From Antedon mediterranea (taxonomy: Eukaryota > Animalia > Echinodermata), in contig NC_092675.1 of the NCBI RefSeq assembly GCF_964355755.1, forward strand, positions 7,125,812-7,189,811: a stretch of DNA of 64,000 nucleotides, given 5' to 3'. The notes beneath the pieces were generated by a model. It saw only the letters and a list, made by a program, of their open reading frames with translations, was not told the origin of the DNA and searched no databases. The translations under genes were made by a program, and so were the position numbers. Positions within the stretch are counted from its first letter, which is position 1; every line of letters starts with the position of its first letter. Of the stretch, positions 1 to 12,879 are shown piece after piece.

Positions 1-240
1 GATAACAAACGGAAAATATAATTAGCATACAGTAAATATACGATTTATTTTCGGTTTTATCAGATGCTAAAATGTTGTTTTGATCATTATGAAAATCTAT
101 TAAAATAAGCACAAATTTATAGCACCGCACTTTTTCCAAAAATATGTAGACCTATGTAAATTAATTATTATCGGCACCGCTCTAATTTGTATTGTAATTT
201 CTTATTTTGAAAGCAACAATCTGATCATTACTACGCGTCA

Positions 241-3200
241 TCATGGGCGCTGCTTAAATCTCTTCAATACGTTGTGGTAATTAAGATGTAGTGGTACAGT
301 ACTATCATAATCATCATCACTACGCTTTATAAGAACATTACCATATCCATCGAATGTATTGCCAGCAAAAGGCTCAGTATCTACCACGTCATCATCAGTA
401 TCACCATCACCATCGTCATCATTATCAAGACCAGCATATACAGCACATCGTACTGACGCTGCCTCGCCTGCTCGGCAGTTTGTTCTTCCTAGACCACTAC
501 TCGGACACGAAAAGATAGATCTCTCGGTTCCTTTGCAACCCAAATCATCTAAAATGTATCTTCCAGATCCTGAACCAAAATGAGATCTTGTCAGAGCTTC
601 TTGTGCAACTTCAAAGTTGAGTTGTCTGCAAGCAACAGTTGCATCCTATGACATTTAAATTAGAGAAACAATTAGCATAATTTCTGAGGACTGTCATTTG
701 TTAAAAGAAGATTCATCTAAGGAAGTGACCGACATCAACGGAAGTTGATCCAAATTAATGTTGACAATTGCCAACGGTTTGTGGGAACATTCATTTCTAA
801 CGAAAAACTAGCAGTGCTTTATGACGCGTCGTATATAATGATTAACATAAAAATAACTCTGTTTATTTTAATTAAACAAAAGTTAAGTTCCATGTACTCT
901 TTACCTTCAAATCGAAGAAATCGTCACAAACAAGAAGCCAATCTCCGTTATCGTTCCTGGCTTCTAGACGTCCCTCATAGTAAGCATTACCGTCGACCAG
1001 ACGTAGGTTTGAAGTTTCGTACATACTTTCTGTTTTTAAAATGAAACAACTTTTACCTTTATTTAGCTCTTAACTACTGTACTAATATAAACAAGAGATA
1101 TCTGAATATACACAGTAACAGCATATGTTTGATACTAACTAAGTACTCACTTAAAAACTTAACATTCACTTAAAATATAAATAAATTAATTTTCTATTAG
1201 ATAAAGAATGTAAAGGAGAATATAATTCAGAAGTGCATGAAACCAGTAATACAAATTTATATTTAAAGCAAACACGATATAGGTAATGATAATTTATAGT
1301 ACCTACAACTGTAAAAGGGAAATTGCCTCGATACAATCAGGGAGAACAACAACATACAACTGATACAACCTACCCTTAAGTACAATGCCAATCGTATCAT
1401 CAATTATATTGTTTACAATACATTTAAAAAAACTTGTATAACATCATAACGGTCTTAAGTGATAAAGTCTTATTATAGTGATTATTACCATATCATTATT
1501 TGTGTAATTTGAACAATGTACTTTACATATTGCTACTCGTTCGGGATACACATGTTTGAAATGAATATTAAATAAAGAATATACCTGGCTCTTCGTCTAA
1601 GGTACACAGGAATCCATGTTTACCCTTGTCTGGGCACTGTGATGGAATAAATTGGTAGCGCAAAATGCCAAACTGAAAGCTCTCTTCTGTTGTCGCTCCT
1701 CTATCATTTAGCGGTGGACCAATGGCACACGATGCAGAATTACATCCCTCGAGACAATATATATACTCCTCAGTAATTGTTGTTTTAGAAGCACATGCGC
1801 AGTCCATGCCTATATTTCTATCGAGCCAATTCTGCCAACAAGTTCTGTAAGAATGTTTAAAACATAAAATAGATAATTACTAAATGACAGTATTTCCTTA
1901 TCTTCTTCATTTTGGCCTACTACAATTTTCAGTTAGAACTTAGAAGAATTTATCTTTTTATTTAATTTAACTATTGTTAGCTTTATTTGGCTTAATTGTC
2001 GTAATCATCAGCGGTAATTTTCAGGTACAATTTTTCTCTTTTTTAAACTTCCGTAAACTGTATGTTGTTTATTCATTCACTGTTGTACCGTAAGTTTGTA
2101 GAATACCATGTTTATTAGTTTTAGGCTCATTAACATAATATCATTGGTTATGGATTAATCATATAATTTTAAAAAGCGATGCCTACCTTTTTTCTTCAAC
2201 AGAAGCTGACTGTGAGTGACACTGTGCATATATTGAGTTGATAGAATACGCCACCATTGCAATCGATGAGTCTTCTTCACAGCAACAACAAAGTCTGAAG
2301 CATTCCGTGTAAGCACGAAGACAATGCATCATGCACGTTTGAGTTGTATCACAGTTATCAAATGCTTCTCGGCGAACTCTATTATTTATCTGACAAATAC
2401 CAGATTTTTTTGGGGATCCAAGATTTTCATCAACGATACCCTTACTCACATAAAATGTCGCAATATCAACATTATTCATTCTAGGACGCCATGTGTCTAT
2501 TTGGACATCGGGTAAATATTTACCAATCGTGGTATATGCTACTGAAACTGCTGCTGATGCCAATACACCTGTCGTAGGCCTAAAGTTATTGATGATTTCC
2601 TGTGAACAGTACTTGCATGGAAATATCCACGTGTAAATAAGAACTTCTGGTATCCATGTTGCGCTATACTCACGCGCAAACTCGTTTTTCAAAGCTGTTA
2701 AATAATGGCGCATAATACCGTGCTCGGAGTGTTCCCAGTTTCCTGATGAACTGTCATAGCCTTCATAACTTCTCTGATTAGAGGACTTCAGATTGTAAAC
2801 GACGTAGTTTCCCATTCTTGCAGCGGTTGGATTAGACGTTGAGGTTTCTGCGTTTACTAAACTGTCACTACCATAAATTTTTTCGTTACGGTCACCTGTA
2901 CGCCAGACATACATATACTTCTTTGGGTCACGGATCCACGCGTTGCGAATATCGGGGTTCATGAGCAAAAAAACGGCAAACTGGGTATGACCTGATTTTC
3001 GTGAATTCTTAAATTCAGCGTGTATTTTTGTGTAGAAGTTGTAATAATAGTCTGATGTAGCTGAGAATAAGATGAATACCATTTCATTAATATTTTCTAA
3101 CATAAAATAATAAGTGTATATCTTGCAACAAGCGCAAAAAGAAACACAAAATAAATAAATAAAATCCTTTATCTTTGCTAATTTAAAGGTTTCAAACATA

Positions 3201-4157
3201 TCAAACATACTCGACCATAATTCGGAATAATTAACATTTATTTATCTAAAAATACTATATTTAAATATGTAAATTGTGTAAACTGCTTGTACAACATTCT
3301 ATCAATGTTTAGTTTCGCTGCATTTACAGGTCTAACGGTTTTCGGAAAAGTCAGAATAAAATTATGCTCTAATCTAAGCATAAAAGAATCGAAATTCAGG
3401 TCAACTTACTTACTACTCCAGTTTGGATTTTGTGTCCATATGCTGGTGATTCTAAAGAATCTATTTTACTCTTATCCTGTTGCGTTAAGTCAGCTGTAAA
3501 CTTTATAGATTGACCGTGGAATGTAAAATAAACACACACCCGGGGTGAACGCCATTGCCAAGAAAAGAGCTTTAAACGTCTCTGAAGTTGAGTAACGACA
3601 TCATCAGAGTTAGGTATATATTGTGAATACAACATTATGTCTGGATAATCACCGCTCTGCCAGTCTGCGTGCATCTTTGTCAAAACAGTATCGCTTAAGA
3701 GAGCATCAACTATTGCCGTTGAAAATCCTGTATCAGTTGATGTTCCAGTATTAACCACGAAGTAATTTCCAATACGGTTGTGTGCAGGGGCTGAAAAGGT
3801 TGTCGTTGATTGGGGATCGGGATACAAGCAGCCGGCATCAGATGTATCAGAACAGTATACACGATTTGTGCTGTCATGATCTGTATCTTGGGTATAGTGG
3901 TACAAGTAACGTGCAGGATAATATAACCATCCATCTCTAGTACTCCCATAGTAGTGCTTTCGGTATTTGCTGTTCAGGATCATAATAACCGCAAACTGAT
4001 TATCTGTCTTTTTTGCAACTTTAAAGTGTTCAGAAATGTGAAAATAGAATTCACGATAATCTTCTCGTTCATATGAGAATATGTAGCTGGACGAATGTGT
4101 CTCCTCTACCAATAAAAAACCAAAAAGAAGACACACAAACACACGAAATGGTCCCAT
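241..4157 (-). CDS. Secreted tandem AID/APOBEC(SNAD)-like deaminase - Cys-rich - SRCR protein, paralogue A (3' end may continue past the window start)
   Basis: Phase-consistent exons: 4157-3410 (signal peptide MGPFRVFVCLLFGFLLVEETHS plus degenerate deaminase domain); 3060-2187 (HSE at 2723-2731, PCKYC at 2606-2620, RVRR at 2369-2380); 1844-1585 (Cys-rich); 1029-905 and 645-342 (SRCR with ACRQL and LDDLGCKG, then acidic linker). The last exon either splices at G|gtaatg (342), as in paralogue B, or reads on to TGA at 241-243 (803 aa). Confidence 0.88.
2187..3060 (-). CDS. Paralogue A exon encoding the catalytic Zn-dependent cytidine-deaminase-fold domain
   Basis: QFAV...GNYVV...WEHSEHG[13 protein letters not shown] fits the HxE...PCxxC signature of the AID/APOBEC-like deaminases; canonical ttctcag acceptor and gtaggc donor. 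Confidence 0.88.
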
Positions 4158-6695
4158 TGTTAGCCACCTGCTCAGCAGTTCTAAAAGACAAAACTGAGTG
4201 TGAAGTCGACAGTGTAAGGGCGAAGTTAATTGTGCCAAAGATCCCTGTACCCTTTTATACGATCTAATTTATCACAGGAAATCTATAATTGATATCGAGG
4301 GTTACTGGAAATTAGCCGAAAGACAGACCTCGATTCACAGAATAGTCTGTGCTATGAAAGCAAATAGGTATGGAAAGAATTATTTGAATTAATATCCTCT
4401 TTGTATTTTAAAAATCTTTATAAAAATTAACAATTCTCTCTTTGTATAATTTAAGAAGTCCGACTCAAATATTGTCGAACTGTCAACACACAGAGTTTAA
4501 TTTTAAGAAGAGGTTAATTCCATGGAGGTATAAAAATAGAATACCTCCATGGTTAATTCAATTAATGATCTCGTGGAACGATCAACAAGAAATTAAGTTA
4601 ATTCATGTTTTCTCTTTAAATTTGATTATATTTTCTACTGTAAATTAGAAACTTATATCTTTCTAAGTTCTATCGCCAAATTGATCATTTGTTTGATACT
4701 TATACACTTCTTTCTTTATTGTTTAGTTATACAATGGCATATTGTATATGATATGAGAGAATTGTTTCAAAAATAAAATATTGACTTGAATACAAATACC
4801 GTACATTAGTTCTTCTTCTAATAATAACAACACAACAAATAAATTGACCAATTACAATCGAAATATTAATAATACATCTACATTTGATTAATTAAGTTAA
4901 TTTTAAGTAATGTTTAATAAGAGTAAAACTGAAAGGTCCTTACCTGTGGAACGACGAATGAGAGATGAAATCCGACAAATTAGCAAAAGTTACTTGAGAA
5001 ATTCCATTATAAAATAGGGTAACTTTTTAAATAGACGTCTCATGCCAGACAAAAGTGTATTGTAAGTACTAAGTATTAAACATAATAATTAAGAAAACAC
5101 AATAGTAAAATATTTTTAATTTGTGTGCAAATTTGAATAAAAGAGTTAATTGTTCGATATAAAATAGTACTTATTTAAAATATTGGAATAGTCTAATTAT
5201 GTTTTGGTTGACTTCCCTCGTTGAACTGTGTTAAATTGTTTATCTCATTGCTGCTGCATGAATTCATTTATCACGTTTTGTTTATTACATACTGAGATAA
5301 TTAAACACATAAATAACTTCAAAGACTACCTACAGATGGCTAGTTCGAAAATAAAAGTTACCAAGATAAAATAAGATTGGCCTATATGCATACTGTAATA
5401 CAGTAGTATATTGTCCTTTTTCTAGGCCTAATCATGGCGAACAATTTATATCTCCGTGTTCTAATGTAAAACAGTCCCGGTTAAAGTTTGACAATCCAGA
5501 AAGGTTTTGACGTGTCACCTACCTTTCAATATGGAAATTGAGTAATATGATTTTTTTTATAAAGTATTGTTTAATTTATTATTACGGTAAAAGAACTGAA
5601 AATAATGCTAATAATCATAAATGATTTATAAATATATTGATAACAACATAATAATATATTTACAATTTTGTTCAGAGATATTAATTTAAGCCAATATCAT
5701 TCATTTCACCACTCAAATAAGATAACACACAAGAATATTATGTTATGAAAATCTGAATTAAGACTATTACTATAGGTAATTGAGTCCCGTATGACTTCAT
5801 CCTTAAGGCCATAAGTACAACAGGACGTAATATTTTTAATTAAATTAGATTGAACGATAAGTGACTGTTCTATTCAATAGTCTAATGATATACCATTATT
5901 TATTAAAAGAGTAAATTAAGAAACAAAAATATTTAATTAGAATTGAGAATTATAAAAACTGTTTCTGTATGATGAGGTGGCCACCCTGTTTACAGGACTA
6001 ACATAGGACTATGTGAGCATTAGTGTAACCAGATGAAACCTACTAACTAAATCATAAATGAAATCTAAATTGTAGGCCTAAGCATTGAAAGGAAGAAAGA
6101 GTATACATTATATAGCGGTGCGTATTTTTCTAAGTAGGTCTAACTAATTGTATTTCTTCATTTTAGATTATTAATTGGAAAAAATTAACTTTCATTTCAT
6201 TTCCATTTAAAAAAAATTATTTATTCGAAATCAAAAATGTCCTGGGACCTCAAAAGCAACAAAGTCACCACAACATGATATCCAGAAGAACTTTACATAG
6301 AATTGTTTATCAATATAAAATATACATTCAAAAACAAATACAATATTGGTAAAATAAAACACACAATGTGATAATGATATACATAGAGAAAAAAATAAGT
6401 GCACAACCTCTACCACATTGTTTGATCTCTGCTTTGCAACTTTTATTAAACACCAATATTTACAATCTTAATTTTTCAATTATTTTCAATATTAGGTTTA
6501 GTTATAGTTGCATTCTTTGATTCTGAAAAACAACAGCACAGATACTAGTTTAAAAAGTTGAAGCAAAAAGTTAAGCTTTCTTTTCATCTAAGGAATGTCA
6601 TTTCATCTATTAACACTTGAAAACCTAAAACAGTACTATGATTTAACCGTAATTTGTATAGTCGCCGGTAACTTGTTGGTTATTAACATGCTTAC

Positions 6696-7030
6696 CTTCT
6701 AATTCCAAGATCCAGTGACAAATGAGTAACTGTTGTGCCATCCACTAATAACTGCAAATTCAAATCTGTCAGTTATAAACGTGTTATAGAACTGTTTACT
6801 GATCAGTGATTCGTCTTGGTTTATCCATTTCTGTAATTGAAAAAGCTGGAGGAAATGCTGACCATTAATTGACGAATTACAGTGCGATGACGAGAAAACA
6901 AATAATATTGAGGCCTACGGGATTCTGTTTCTGTTACCAAAATGGCAACAATCTATTTCATTTGTGTATTTAATTGGAACAGACACAAAGTAAATGTAAT
7001 ATTTTTAGAGCAAAATTATGCAATAACAAT
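6696..7030 (-). promoter_or_regulatory. Probable promoter and first non-coding exon of paralogue A
   Basis: 6788-7030 aligns by eye with 16770-17010, directly upstream of the paralogue B ATG. A strong AAG|gtaagc donor lies at 6696 and a strong polypyrimidine-AG acceptor at 4181, just before the A start codon. Confidence 0.55.
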
Positions 7031-7616
7031 CAATGCATTTAAACTGACTGACAGCAAAAATATTTTTTTTGATATTAATACTAGAGGGTACACTCGCTTT
7101 TCTTGCTGTCTTGTGTACACTTGAGCCTCAGGAAATTAGTACATCGATAGGTATAAAGGAATGAGTGTGAGTATAAGTAATACCTACCTCATGCATTTCT
7201 TACAAAACTAACACATTAAAAGTTAATTTAGGATAGGTAAGCGATTATTACTGTCATGTTGCATATCATGCAACAACCCTGATGTTTTATGATAGTGTAC
7301 ATATATTCAATTTAGGCTTTTGTGTGTGGCTCGTACCTTTTTGGTATTTTTTTACCGTTCTGTTGAACTACCGTCATGAATTACATTATTTGCATGTGTC
7401 ACTGGCTCCAACTTTGGCCAAAAGTGCGAGTCAGCGTTGGCTCCAATGAATCGCATGCCTAGCTGGCTTGCCCGTAACGTGTCATAAGCGCGTGTCATGG
7501 AGGCAGAAGTGTACTTTTAATCCCAACCCCCTCCTCCTCTGTCGCGATGTTAAAGTAGGGCCCTATAGTTAAAACCTTCTCATACGATGACGGTCATAAC
7601 CGCAACCACCTCTTAA

Positions 7617-7988
7617 GCTGATTTTCCACTAGGCGAATTTGTTCGCGCGAATCGAAAGCGTCATGCTCTGCGCATGCGTATTCGAGTTTCTGTCTGTATA
7701 CTCCCTTCTTCGACGAATTCTAGTTCCTTTGATTTTTCGCTTCAGCGAAATTTACTAGTTCGAATTGTTTCTACTTTTTGCGAAGCGAAATATTGCGCAA
7801 CCAATCAGAGTTCAGGAAATGAGCTATGACGCTTTCATGAGCACTCATGCGAATCGAAATTCTCAGCAACCACGCGAGGAACATGAACGTCGCAGCTATT
7901 CGCTCATGTAGTGGAAAGAGAGTAGGCGATTTTTTTCTCTTCGAAACGTTTGATTCGCGCGAACAAATTCGCCTAGTGGAAATTCGGC
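7617..7988. mobile_element. Non-autonomous TIR element (MITE, Harbinger-like ends)
   Basis: About 40-bp inverted termini gctgattttccactaggcgaatttgttcgcgcgaatc / gattcgcgcgaacaaattcgcctagtggaaattcggc, with TTAA on both sides. Confidence 0.8.
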
Positions 7989-10915
7989 TTAAAATGGATA
8001 TGAAAGGATTTTAAAATTTCACAAAAAGGACTTTGTATGAATCCTTTTAATGTTAATAAACAGCACACAAAAAATTAGATTCAAATACCTAGTAGAAATT
8101 GAGAAATAAACAAATTAAATTTTGGTATAAAACGTCCGCAAAATGGCCGACCAACTGGCACGCCATCTTAATTTTTATGAACGTTCTATACGCACGTACG
8201 AGATCGTCAAATTTAGAGTTTGAAACACCCGGGGTTGTAGCCACGGCAGCAGTCGTTTTGTGATTGGTTAATGAATTTTAATACAGTCCAATCACCGCCT
8301 TGTCTCGTTCGCGGACTGTGTGGTGTAAACAAAATAAACAAACCCATGCTACACGAGACTCGCGTGTTGCAAGCTCCCTGTTGCTGCAGTCGTAGAAAAT
8401 ATCGATATTTCACAAATCAATAAAAAGTTATGTCTGCAAAGATTGTACGTGAAAAGAAGAAAGTGTGTATTTGTACTTCTCACACTAAACCACTCACGCA
8501 GACTACAAATTAGGCTAGGTCTAGTAGACTATAGTTTCTTCTAAATTCGCTAGTACTGTAGTAGGCTAGGCCTACACATGGAGTTACTCCATGGCCTACA
8601 GTACAAGAGAGTAGCAGTCGCCGGTCCACCGACGAACCTCCAGGAAGTGGACAAGGCGCGGGCGTAGACGTATGTAAAAGGCGACGTAAATAAAAAAGGT
8701 AAGCTTGTGTTGAACTTGTTTTTGGCTCTGACTTTTGTTATTGACTAATATAGTAATATAATAATACTAATAATTAAAGTAGAGCAGAGGAGGTGAGGCC
8801 GAGACTGAGAGGATTATTATAGTTTAGTTAGTAACTGTAGTGTAATTAAATAATAACCTCTTTCTGTTTGTTACCAAGTCATAAAATATAATACTATAGG
8901 GCCTAGAGGTAGGATTGAATAAAAATAATAGTACATTTCCATCCATTTATTGGTCTTATCTTTGCAGATTTATGGAATCAACAGCACATGAGATGGCTTT
9001 GAAGAACTGTAATAGTACTAGTAATAAAATTGTAAACATCAAATTATATGGCAGAAATAGTGTGTGGAATGAATTTTATTGAACAAATGTATCATAATGA
9101 GTTTGGAACAAGCAGGATTTTTCAAACAGGACATAAATTACTTTTGAGACCTGAGTGATACATTTTAATTCTATCAACACCAGCCAGCTCCATCATATTC
9201 AAGAGATGGATTCTTTCATAAATGTCCATTGTACATAGTATTTGGCTAAATAAATAAAAAAAGAAGTACAGTAGTGGTTTATTTGTTTATATACCCAGAC
9301 CCATTTAGATGGTTAAAAACAAACACTATATGATGCACTGCTACTAGTGTACTGTCTGGTAGTACATTACCATAGTTTCAGTATGACTGTAACCCTAGCA
9401 CTCGCGTCTAAAGAATTCTATTATGCATATTTTACTATTCTTCATAAATATTTAGTTCTGTAATTTTAATTGTCTGCGCTCATTCTATACTTGGTGTCTT
9501 AGTATACTGCATAAATGTATCGTGCAAGCATGATCCAAGTAGCATCTATTATAAAGTACTCTGGGTATCTTTCTATTCACCTGAAAAAAGGAAAATGAAT
9601 AAGCACATGTTTATCTGCCCTCAAAACAAAATAATAATTTAGTATAATGTATTATGTAGGTTTGATCAACAGTTTAAAATAGCAATGCTCAGTATCTGTT
9701 ACCTTAATATTATAATTTGACTCTAACATTTGCGCTTCCATTCCAATCAATAAATACATTTGCTTATCCCGTCCATCAATTATCATAATTGCACTCCAAT
9801 TATAGACCTGTAGGTAGGTAAAAATACAAATGAATTGTTTATTTACTGTATACTGTACTGTATATTGTACTGTATATGATACAAGCTGAAATACCCCTAA
9901 CTAGGCCTGGCCTGTTATAACCTTTATTACTACATTAGAGAAAATCCAACTCTATTCATTTTATTGGGAATCATAATATTTAGTATTCAGTGTTGCCTAG
10001 CCTACTAGCTAGTAGGGCGGCATGTAATAACAAAAAAATATTTTAATAATACGTTAGTCAGGACACTACAGCACACAACAATATTAATAAACGTACTTAT
10101 AAATAATGTGTATATACATAATACAGTAACACAATTGTGCCTACCTATCACACACTCAACGATACATCAAGGAGCATACGCTCTCAGCTCACCTCTGGCC
10201 GGGCGACTAAACACCGTATCCAGCAGTCATCACTACTAAAAAGGCCTAGGCCTAGCTAGCTCCAGGCCATGGCATTGTCAAACACCATTTACTCGTCCAA
10301 CCGTTTCTTCAAAACGATGTTAACATCCGTGTTAAAAAGACGATGTGGACGAATTTCCATCAATTTCAGTTAATTACAACGAAATAATAATAAAATGAAT
10401 GTTTCAATAATACGTGTATAATAAATAGCGAAATAAACATCGCTCGCGAGGAGGGTCGAGAGAGAGGCCAAGGTGGTCGACTCTGTGATTCTCACGCATG
10501 CGCAAAATAACTCCGTGTACCCAGCAAGATAGGCATTTGGCTATGAATTTCGTAAAAGATGGCCTTGAAAAACGAAATTAAAATCCGTTTAAAAAAAAAC
10601 TTGGTTGATAATATGAATTAATTTTATTCGATTAGGCTAACATACTTATCCAAGAATAAAAATATCAAAGCAATAAGTAATTACTACCATGCTTTTGCAT
10701 CAATCAATGATTTACTGCTAAATTCCTATCTCTGTAATACAAAAATAACTTTTAGTGACGTCACAAAAAGTTTTTCACAGGTTTCTCAGGGGCGTTTTGA
10801 GGGCGTTGTCGTCCTCCAAAACATTAAGTATGACTATGGCAAGCTTAAAACTGATTGATCTACACGTTGAGCCAATAAAATGATATTGCTAGGAACCCTT
10901 TCATATCCATTTTAA
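7989..10915. mobile_element. About 2.9-kb TTAA-flanked TIR DNA transposon remnant (Kolobok-like)
   Basis: ttaaaatggatatgaaagg (7989-8007) is the exact reverse complement of cctttcatatccattttaa (10897-10915). Both ends have CpG-rich, promoter-like subterminal regions; no intact transposase ORF is visible. Confidence 0.55.
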
Positions 10916-11522
10916 GGGGACAGTTCGAATGTAGTTAAAAAGGTTCCAAGTAGGTACAATTTCTTTGATACCCAATATGTATGGATGAATGCGGTACTTG
11001 GAGGAAACATTCAAATGTACAGCAGTATCATCTGTCAATCATCAGATGCGAAGAATAGAACAACAAAAATGAAAATTATACAGTAGCTAGTGTGTAAATA
11101 GTATTTCTTCTTTATTCAAAAGAACAGAAATGGCAGAAATGATGAAACATTCATGTGAATAATTATGACAAAAGCTTATGAAAGTATAGGAGCGCTAAAA
11201 TAAAGAATGGAAAAAGATTTAAAAAAAAACGTTGTTTAATAATAATTGAGAGGGATTACTTTACAAAGTTAAGTTCCGTTATATTTTGGGAATAGGTCGG
11301 CTTGCCTGTAATTCATTAACATAGAAAATAATGCATTATTCAATATATCTGCCTCAGCAGGCCACTCACGTAATTAAAAGAGCAACAAGTGCACAATTAA
11401 AATTGCTTTACGATTCCTTGAATCTAAATATTACTAATAACATTTATACATGTTTGATTGTAGAAGAATTAGAACAGAGATAATTAGCTTAAATGCTGAT
11501 AATGTGTCTCCCTGGTTCAATC

Positions 11523-12879
11523 TTAACGGCCATAGTCTCCGGCTGTTCTTCCACCAAAGATTCCTGCTACAGGGTAGATCTTCATTTCAATCGTCTTTAA
11601 AGGAGATCTATCGTTTTTCCATGTGTACCAGTATATGACGTCATTAGGGTAATACGTACTTCGTGCATGGCCACCGAAGTATTTTCCATTAGGATTTGTA
11701 TTCCCACATAATCCACCTGTACTGAACCACCATCCTGCTTTTCTGGTACTCACACAACTCCTATAACTATATAGCACAAGATAAAGAAAACAATTGGTAT
11801 TATTTTACGCTGTATTGTGTGCGACAGGATAATTTCGCAATGTATAAAAAGTTCGTCATTAAAATAATATTTAATTAATCTGTTGCAAATAAAATGTATT
11901 AATTGATGTTTCTGGAAGTTACGTCACCTGTTACCAGCGTTAAGCCTATCCTTGGTACTGAATGGCTGATCTACGTTTGAGTTGCCATTAAACGTAAGTG
12001 GATCTGACTCGCCTATTGAATCACCAGCATCTCCTCCTTCAAAATCTCCTAGACGAAGGCAGTATGGACATTCATGACTGAAAATAATCCAAGATATATA
12101 TACAATACAGTAAAGGTGATATCATTTTGACAGTGACAATTTTTTAATGGTTTAAAACATATATTTGCATTATAAGCTACAGTATTATTGTTTAACCTTG
12201 AGCTTTCGATCCTGAAACTGCTATATTGAGCATGCGCCGATTTTCCGTTGAAGTCTGTCATATCAATTCGTAGACGATATTCTTTGTTGTTTGTTAATAC
12301 GTAAATTTTCTTCAAGCCTAACCAAAAATTAGCATCTAGATCACCAAAACCTTCTTCATACTCAACCCAATTCTGACGTTAAAAAGTATACATGCAAGAT
12401 AAAAATGGTGAAAAAACATAGGATTAATAATTTAGAATATCTAAACATTCTCCAATACAGCTTATATATTAATTCCTAAAATATTTATTTCAAGTTTCAA
12501 GTAAGTCTTTAAGTTCTTGCAAAAAAACTAAGTATAAAAAAATGACAAAAAAATGTTTACATACGGTATAAAAAGGTCATATGAATTCCTTAACACAAAA
12601 AATAAACGAATTTTATTTTCCCATTTACCTTGTAAAAATCAACATCGTCGTCTTCTCTTCGCTGGATTACTGTCCAACCACCGCCATCAGTATCCATGTC
12701 ACAATAAGCTCTAAATCTTGACGAAGACGGGCCTATTTCGAAGACACCACTGTATACATCATCATTAGTATCATCATTATTATCATCACCGTCTACATAG
12801 TCAATACTCGTGGATCGAAAAGCACTACAGTCAGTGGCTTGTTCCTGGGATGTGCCTGTGTTTTGATCACCTATGTCAC
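11523..12879 (-). CDS. Paralogue B exons encoding the fibrinogen C-terminal (FReD) domain
   Basis: Four exons with the canonical FReD motifs [55 protein letters not shown]...N.NGKY, W.TW and EMKI. Confidence 0.92.

Noticed and set aside
2187-4157. Bacterial polymorphic-toxin deaminase/immunity locus or contamination
   Set aside because: The domains are on spliced exons joined to metazoan SRCR/FReD exons with conserved intron phases. No operon structure is present.
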